Of a DNA stretch of 64,000 nucleotides, positions 57,377 to 64,000 are shown piece after piece. Each line of letters opens with the position of its first letter. Within the stretch, counting starts at the first letter, position 1. Position numbers and translations under genes: made by a program. Origin of the DNA: Blastocladiella emersonii ATCC 22665 (Eukaryota; Fungi; Blastocladiomycota); NCBI GenBank assembly GCA_025594325.1, contig JANHCV010000015.1, positions 744,001-808,000 of the forward strand, in the 5' to 3' direction. The notes under the pieces are model-generated. The model saw nothing but the letters and a program-made list of their open reading frames with translations. It was not told the DNA's origin and made no database searches.

Positions 57377-58426
57377 ATGCCACAACACAAGGCGCCCAAA
57401 CCCAGCGGCCGGAGCACCATCGGGCACTCGCGCGCGCGCGGTGGGAGCGCCGTGGTGTCGGCGGCGTCGCGGCAGGCGCGGCAGGCGGCGACCCAGAGCG
57501 CCGCCGCCTCGGCCTCGACCGTCTCGACGATCCCGTCCCAACCCTCCATCGTCGCCGACCACCAGCGCCTGCTCGACCTGCTCGCCTCGAATTTCGCCCC
57601 GGAACTCGCCGACCCGACCTTCGCGGCGCGGCTGCAGGAGATCAAGTCGCTCTTCTTCGAGCGCAAGTTCCTGGACATCTTCGCCGGCACCGACCCGGCC
57701 GCGGACGCGCGGCTCGCCGTGTACTCGGCGCGGTACATTCCGTACCGCGCGCTGGCGTACCTGGACCTGATCCGGGACGTGCCGGAGCTGCAGCTCGCCG
57801 TGGAGCGGGACGGCGCGCGCGCCGTGTTTCTCGGCGGCGGGGCCGGGTCCGAGCTCGCCGCGTTCGCGTACCAGCGCTTCTACAAGCCGTCCAAGGGGAC
57901 TGTCGAGATGGCGACCATGGATATCGGGCGGTTCGGGACGGTCCTCGCGCGGCTCGAGGGCACGCTGCGCGAGTCCCTGAACATCCCGGACGGGTCGCTC
58001 GCCGCGCCGTCGATCCTGTGCGACCTGCTGTCCCCCGCGTGGCCCGCGACGGCGACCGCGAGCGACGATGCGGGGACGCCGATCGCGCCGTACATCCGCA
58101 ACGCGACCGTCGTGACGCTCTTCTTCACGCTCAACGAACTCTTCGCGCAGTCCGACTCGAAAGCCGCGGGCGTGAGCTTCATCCAGCGGCTCATCTCCTC
58201 CCTCACGCCCGGCACGCTGCTGGTGGTCGCCGACAGCGCGGGCTCGTTCAGCGACCTGGTGATCGGGTCGCGCACCTACAAGATCACGGTGCTGCTCGAC
58301 ATGCTGCCGGGGCTCGAGTGTGTGGCGAGCGACGACGCGCGGTGGTTCCGCTTCGACCACGGGCTGCGGTACGGCGCCAAGCTCGAGAATATGCGCTATT
58401 TCGCGCGCGTGTACCGCCGCAAGTAG
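57377..58426 (+). CDS. BMT6: 25S rRNA (uridine-N3)-methyltransferase, Bmt6/DUF3115 family
   Basis: LFFERKFLDIF, YSARYIPYRALAY, SAM-binding FLGGGAGSE, FFTLNELF, VVADSAGSFS, KLENMRYF. Confidence 0.8.
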   Translation: MPQHKAPKPSGRSTIGHSRARGGSAVVSAASRQARQAATQSAAASASTVSTIPSQPSIVADHQRLLDLLASNFAPELADPTFAARLQEIKSLFFERKFLDIFAGTDPAADARLAVYSARYIPYRALAYLDLIRDVPELQLAVERDGARAVFLGGGAGSELAAFAYQRFYKPSKGTVEMATMDIGRFGTVLARLEGTLRESLNIPDGSLAAPSILCDLLSPAWPATATASDDAGTPIAPYIRNATVVTLFFTLNELFAQSDSKAAGVSFIQRLISSLTPGTLLVVADSAGSFSDLVIGSRTYKITVLLDMLPGLECVASDDARWFRFDHGLRYGAKLENMRYFARVYRRK

Positions 58427-58577
58427 AGTTGGGGGATACATGGATTTGATTAGGCGAACAAACGAATGCATGACAGGGAAGGGGGAATCACGAACGAGGG
58501 TGAGGACATGGGATGAGATGGTGGGATGGAAATGGGTACACTGCAAACTGCTTCTCCTGCGACTGCAACAACAATCT

Positions 58578-61350
58578 TCAGGCCGACGACGACTCGGCAC
58601 CGTCACCGTCACCGTCAGCACCGCGGACCACCAGCTTGGCCTTGGCCGCGGCCGTGGCCGCCGCCGACTCGCGGAGCTCGGCCGCAAACACCTTGTCGGG
58701 CGGCGACAGCACGCCGAGCTTGCGCCGGAGCCCCGTGTCGAGGTACGTGAGACCGACTTGGTACTACACACTCGCGCAAGATGTCAGCAACCACACGCCC
58801 AGTCCCACAACCCACAAGAAAGCGTACCGAAGCGTTCATCCACCCGAACCCCTCACGGGGCACATACTTGAAGTCGGTCCCGACATTCCCGTACTCGACC
58901 GTGAGAATGTGGTTGAGCGTGACCACGTCAAACTTCTCGGGCACCGTGCCGTTGAAGTCGACAAACGCCTTGGTGATCGTGTACAGCCACCGGTACGCGA
59001 GCCGGCGCGCCTCGCGCGCGAACCCGTACTTGGCGAGCCCGCGCCACGCCAGCATCTGGTGCGGCGCCCACCCGAACGGGTAGTCCCACTGCCGGTTGGG
59101 CCGGTCCATGCTGATGGCCCCGCGCGACGCCTCGGTCCCCGACACGAGCCCGCCGAGCTCCTCGAAGAGGGGGAGCGCGAGGTCGACCGTCGCGCGCGCC
59201 TGGTCCACCGTCGCCAGACCCGACCACAGCGCCCACGTCGTCGTCACCGACGCGTAGCTCGACCGCGCGCCCTGCGCCACGTCGTAGTCGTAGAACAGAC
59301 CCGCGTCCGCGTCCCACATGAGGTCCGTGACCGTGGCTGCGCGGCGCGCCGCGCGCGCGCGCCAGACCGACGACGACTCCCACGTGCACGCCTGCGACGC
59401 GCGCAGCGGCGCGGGGACCGACGTGTTCTCGGCGTCGTTGGTCCATAGGTCCGCGAACGCGGGGCCGAGCGCGGCCGCGAGGTCCGGGAGGACCGGGCCC
59501 GCATCCCCCAAACCGTCGTCGCGCGCGAGGATGCCCGACTTGGCGCGCCACGCGTCCGCGACGGGGATCCGGAGCCCGTCCGCCCCGTCGACAGCCACGC
59601 CGACGGCCTCGATCAGGTCCGCGATATCGACCTCGTACTTGTACAGGAGCGCGTTGAGGTCAACCGTCAATAGGTTGGCGCACCGGCGCTCGAACCGGTA
59701 GGTCGTATCGTGGCCGGACTCGCGGACGGCGCGGTCGTGGCCGAAATACGTGTCGAGCTCGGGGACGACGGCGGCGCCCATGTGGTAGAGCTCCGTGAAC
59801 TTTTCGACCGTGACGCCGCGCGCCGCCGCGTACGGCTCGAGGATGTGCGTGAAGTGCGACGCCTCGGTCTCGGGTGGCATGCCGATGCCCGTGGTGCGGT
59901 ACGCCGAGAGGCCGGTCGCGGGATCAAACCGCGGCGCCGCCGTCCACACCGTGTAGTACTCGCGGACCGCGAACAGGAGCGCGCGGCGGAGCCACGCGGT
60001 GCGGGCCGCGGTGTCGTGCGGGAGCGCCGCGGCCCAGTGCGTCGCCACACACCGGGCCATGTCGGTGAGAAACGGCGGCTGCGAGCGGGTCAGGTAGTAG
60101 GACCGGTTGGCGTTGAGGATCTTGCCGTAGTGGTGGATCTGGTACGCAAAGTTGTCGACCATGTGCTTGCCCATGTCCCATTTCCCGTCGGCCGCGAGCC
60201 CGAGCGTCTCAAAGTACGAGTCCCACCCGTACATTTCGTTGAAGCGGCCGCCGGGCACGATGAAGGGGACGCCGCGCCACACGCGGTCGTTGGCGAGCGG
60301 GTCCCACACGCGGTGCAGGGCGAGGGACAGGATGCCCGGGTGGTCGTCGAGCGTCTTGACGTACTCGGGGGTCGGGTCGGGCGGGAGGACGTGCACCTGC
60401 AGGCCCCAGTCGGTGGTGGCCATGATCTCGTGGTAGTAGGCCTGGCCGACGTGGTCCTCGTAGGGGACGTAGATCTTGAACGACTGGTCGCGCGACCGGT
60501 TCTTGGGGTCCTGGCAGATGACCTGCATGCCCTTGCGGTCGATGGCGCGGGTGAGGCCGGCCTGCATTGCGCGGGTCAGTGACCGCCGTACTTGTAGCGA
60601 ACGAGGAGGAGAGAGCGTACCCAGAAGTGCGTCGCAATCATCCGACTGAGCCGCGTGACGGGGTTCTCGTTGAGCGTCGACTCGGCGACGACAATGAACT
60701 GGCGGCCGACGTCCTTGGCGAGGGCGAGCTCCTGCAGCAGGTTCGACAGGACGTAGGTGCCGCGGATGTCGTACTTGCGGAACCCGGCGCTGCCGGCGGA
60801 CCCGAGCTGCATCATCTTGGGCCCCATGTCCTTGACCGTGATCTGGAAGTCGCCGTCCGTGTCCTCCTGCTCGAGGATCAGCCGCTCCGTCTCGCCCACG
60901 TCGATCAGGTACATGCGCTCGCCCGTCGGCTTGGCGTCGTGCGACGACCGGCGGTGCCGCGGCGCGGGTGGCGACGGCGGCGTGCGGTACGGGGTGGTGG
61001 TCTCGGCGGGCGCAACCGCCAGGGGCACCAGCGTGTGGCACTCGCCGTCGCGCGGACTCGCGGCGGTTGCGGGGTGCGCGGGCGGCGGCGGCAGCGGCGT
61101 CACGGACGGCGCGGCGAGCGCGACGTCGTGGTGGGGATGATGCGCGGGCTGATCGAAGCCGTGCGGCGTGCGCGGGCCAAACGACCCGCCGAGGTACGGG
61201 CCGCGCTACGGTCGGGTCAGGGAGTGAGCGACGCGTCGGATGAGCGCGCTGCAGGGCGAGGCGTACCGTGGTCATGGACCGCGCGCGGCGCAGGACCGCC
61301 TCGCTGTTGGCGGACGCGCCCGAGCCCGCTCCCGAGGTCGACGACGACAT
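58578..61350 (-). CDS. NTH1: Neutral trehalase (GH37) with Ca-binding motif and PKA sites, about four introns
   Basis: RRARS and RRSSHD (PKA-type sites), EQEDTDGDFQITVKD, VPGGRFNEMYGWDSYF, SQPPFL, ESGHDTTYR, QWDYPFGWAPHQ, GFGWMNAS|YQVGL. Confidence 0.96.
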
Positions 61351-61707
61351 GGCTGGCGGTGCGGTGCAGGGTGCAGGGTGCGTTGCGGGCAGTGGCAGTG
61401 TGGTGCGGGCGCGCGGGCGAGCTGCGTAACGCGCCAGAGAAATCGCGTGTGGGCGTGAGAGTGCGGGCGGGGAGAGAGAGGGCCGCCGAGGGCAGATTGG
61501 CGATTGTCAAGGCGGCCGCGGCGCGCACGTGCGCCGTTGTCGCGGCGCGCCGATAACCGCCACGGTCGCGTCGCGCCACACTCTCCGCTCCACTCCACTT
61601 CACTGAGAGTGTAGAGACGTGTACTGTATTGAAGGGGGAGTGGGGGGTGGGGTTGGGTAGGGGTACACTTGTGGTCGTTCTCGGCTTCACAAGCCGCTCT
61701 CCTCGGG

Positions 61708-63999
61708 CTACCCGCCGGGCTGCGGCGGTCGCACGGGGACGTGCACGACGGGCCCGTGCCCCGCCGCGAGTCCCTCGTTGGGCGGCGACTGGACGAGCGC
61801 GGGTGTCGTGGGCGTCGGCATCCCGGACGCGTCCGCGATGACCAGCGAAGAGCTGCTGCCCGCCTGCGGCACCTGGAACGGTGGTGGTGGTGGGACCGAC
61901 GGCACGTACTGCCCGTTCTCGTCGACGAGAAACGCCGCGGGACCCGCATACGTCGCGCCGGGCCCGAGCACGACCCCCGCGGCGGCCGCGCGCGTCTGCA
62001 GGTCGTGGACCAGCGTCGAGTACTTGGCCAGCTTGCGCTCGAGCGTGCGGATGAACTCGACCGACTTGACCAGGATCGTCGCCTTGGACACGGTGTGCCC
62101 GCCGACCACGCCGCCCGTCCCGCCGTCGCCCGCTTCATCCTCGTCACCTGCTTCGGGCGGTGGTGCCGATACGGGTTTCGCCATGGCCGCCGCCGTCTGC
62201 CGCAGCTCCGGCACGTAGTCGACCAGCAGCTGGAACCCCTGCCGGATCGTGTTGCGCCGCTTCTTCTCCGACTGGATGTGACTTGCCCGCTTGACCACGG
62301 GCGGGTGCTGCTCGCCCGCGCCGTCGCCCTGCGCTGCCGCCGGAGCAGCTGGCGCGTCGCTCGCCCGCGCCTTGCGCTTGCGCGGGTTCGCTGCCATCGG
62401 CTTGGGTTCTGGCTCCGCCGCCGCATCGCCGCCCTGCTCGCCGGTGCCCGAAAGCCCGAGCCGGTGCACGCCGAGCGCGACCGCGCCCACCCCATTGGTG
62501 GCCCCGCCCGCGCTCATGACGCTCGACGTGCGCGCGCGCCGCGCCGGATGCGCCGACGCTGCCGTGGCCGCGGCCGCCGCCGCCGCCGCGAACCCGGACC
62601 CCACGGCCGAGTGCGGCGTGATGGGCGTCAGCGGCGGCACGCTGCTCGAGTCCGACGTGCCCGACGCGTGCAGCAGCGGCGGCGGGTGTTGCTGCTGCTG
62701 CTGGAACACCTGGAACATGGGCTGCTGTTGCTGCGGCGGCGCCTGCCCGCTCATCATGAACTGGTGCTGGTGTGGCGGCGCCGTCGTCGCGATGAAGAAC
62801 GTCGGCGACGCGAGCGGCTGCTGTTGCGGCTGCGGCTGTTGCACGTACACGGGCGTGCCGCCGGTGGCGAGCTGCACCGGGACCAGGACCATCGGCTGGT
62901 GGCCGTTCTGCTGCTGTTGTGGCGGCGGGTGGTGGTGTGCGAGCACGGCGCCGGGCGGGAGCTGCAGCTGGAGCACCGTCCCGCCGCCATTCCCAGAATC
63001 GACGGGGGTCGGCGCGAGGATAAACACGCCCTGCGGCTGCTGCTGAGGCTGCTGCTGGACGAGCACCATCGGCTGCTGCTGCTGGTAGTGCTGTTGTGGC
63101 GGCGCGTCAAACGTCGGCGACACGAGCATCGACGACGACGACGCCGACTGCGGGAGGACCGGCGACATGGGCCCGTGCGCGTGTCCGTTCGGCGAGTACA
63201 GCGGCGACCCGAGCGACAGTCCGAGCCCTGTGTGCTGCTGCTGAGGGACGACCTGGAGCCGCAGGTTGTGGATGTTGGCCGGGTTGCTCGGCGGTGGTGG
63301 CGGCGGCGGGTGCACGTCGAGCGGCATCATCTGCTGCTGCTCCTTGTGCGACGGCACCACGACGGGCGGCGGCGGTGGGGGAGGGGACATGATCCCCTGC
63401 CCAAACACCGCGTCCATGGGACTCGCGGCGCCGGCGCTCGGCGGCTCGGCGCCCGTCGCCATCCAGTCGAGGAACATGTCAAAGTACCGCTGCTCGTTGG
63501 CCGACAGCAGCGAGTCGCCGCCCACCGCCCCGCTCGCGGCGGTGGTACCCGCGTCGAACATGAGCGAGTCGGCGGTCCCCGCCCCCGCCCCCGCCCCCGC
63601 GGCGTGCGCGTCGAACAGGCCGCCGAACAGGTCCCCGCCGCCCGTCAGCCACGACGCGTCGCCCGCGCCGAGTCCGGGAGATGGCGGGGCGGGCGGGGCG
63701 AGTGACGCGAGTGGTGGTGGCGGCTGCGGCTGCGATGGGCGTGGTGGCGAGGACACGTCGGGGTGGCCGATTGCCGCGCCCAGCGTGTGGTTCGCATCGA
63801 GTACGGGCGCGGTGGCAGCGGCAGCGGCAGTCCAACCGGCCGGCGACGACGCGCTCTCGGCGAGCGGCGTAGGCGACCGCCGGGTCTGCGGCGCAGCGGA
63901 AGCGGAAGCGAGCAGCGAATGTCGTCGCTCGTGGCGCGCGACGGCCGAGGGATCGAGCAGGCTCGCGGGCGGCGGCGGTGCGCGGTGCGTGTGCGCGGG
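61708..63999 (-). CDS. bHLH transcription factor, 5'-partial, Gln/Pro-rich N-terminal part
   Basis: KRASHIQSEKKRRNTIRQGFQLLVDYVP...SKATILVKSVEFIRTLE. The frame stays open to the window edge. Confidence 0.9.
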   Translation of the reverse strand, partial: PAHTHRAPPPPASLLDPSAVARHERRHSLLASASAAPQTRRSPTPLAESASSPAGWTAAAAATAPVLDANHTLGAAIGHPDVSSPPRPSQPQPPPPLASLAPPAPPSPGLGAGDASWLTGGGDLFGGLFDAHAAGAGAGAGTADSLMFDAGTTAASGAVGGDSLLSANEQRYFDMFLDWMATGAEPPSAGAASPMDAVFGQGIMSPPPPPPPVVVPSHKEQQQMMPLDVHPPPPPPPSNPANIHNLRLQVVPQQQHTGLGLSLGSPLYSPNGHAHGPMSPVLPQSASSSSMLVSPTFDAPPQQHYQQQQPMVLVQQQPQQQPQGVFILAPTPVDSGNGGGTVLQLQLPPGAVLAHHHPPPQQQQNGHQPMVLVPVQLATGGTPVYVQQPQPQQQPLASPTFFIATTAPPHQHQFMMSGQAPPQQQQPMFQVFQQQQQHPPPLLHASGTSDSSSVPPLTPITPHSAVGSGFAAAAAAAATAASAHPARRARTSSVMSAGGATNGVGAVALGVHRLGLSGTGEQGGDAAAEPEPKPMAANPRKRKARASDAPAAPAAAQGDGAGEQHPPVVKRASHIQSEKKRRNTIRQGFQLLVDYVPELRQTAAAMAKPVSAPPPEAGDEDEAGDGGTGGVVGGHTVSKATILVKSVEFIRTLERKLAKYSTLVHDLQTRAAAAGVVLGPGATYAGPAAFLVDENGQYVPSVPPPPPFQVPQAGSSSSLVIADASGMPTPTTPALVQSPPNEGLAAGHGPVVHVPVRPPQPGG

Positions 64000-64000
64000 G

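Overview
GC-rich, intron-containing eukaryotic DNA. Introns are mostly short GTAC(G)...CT(G/A)AC...YAG. The gene content (chitin synthase, CBM18-chitin deacetylase, neutral trehalase, Bmt6) points to a fungus; a zoosporic, Blastocladiales-like lineage is an inference only. The window has two compartments. About 1-31 kb is a dynamic accessory region: an F-box gene cluster with intact and decayed copies, frameshifted DUF4470 and acetyl-CoA carboxylase relics, several local direct and inverted duplications, a mosaic locus at 17.7-20.3 kb that includes a near-identical copy of a chitin synthase exon, the intact chitin synthase itself, and an intronless gene for a Cys/His-repeat plus PD-(D/E)xK-type endonuclease resembling giant-virus (NCLDV) proteins. 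About 32-64 kb is a dense block of mostly intact conserved genes: RPS12, thiolase, AP-2 mu, PTPA, SEN54, chitin deacetylase, a Kelch membrane protein, an IQ protein, SPS19, RPL26, BMT6, NTH1 and a bHLH factor. No rRNA, tRNA or CRISPR array could be supported. All family calls come from motif recognition by eye, not database searches.
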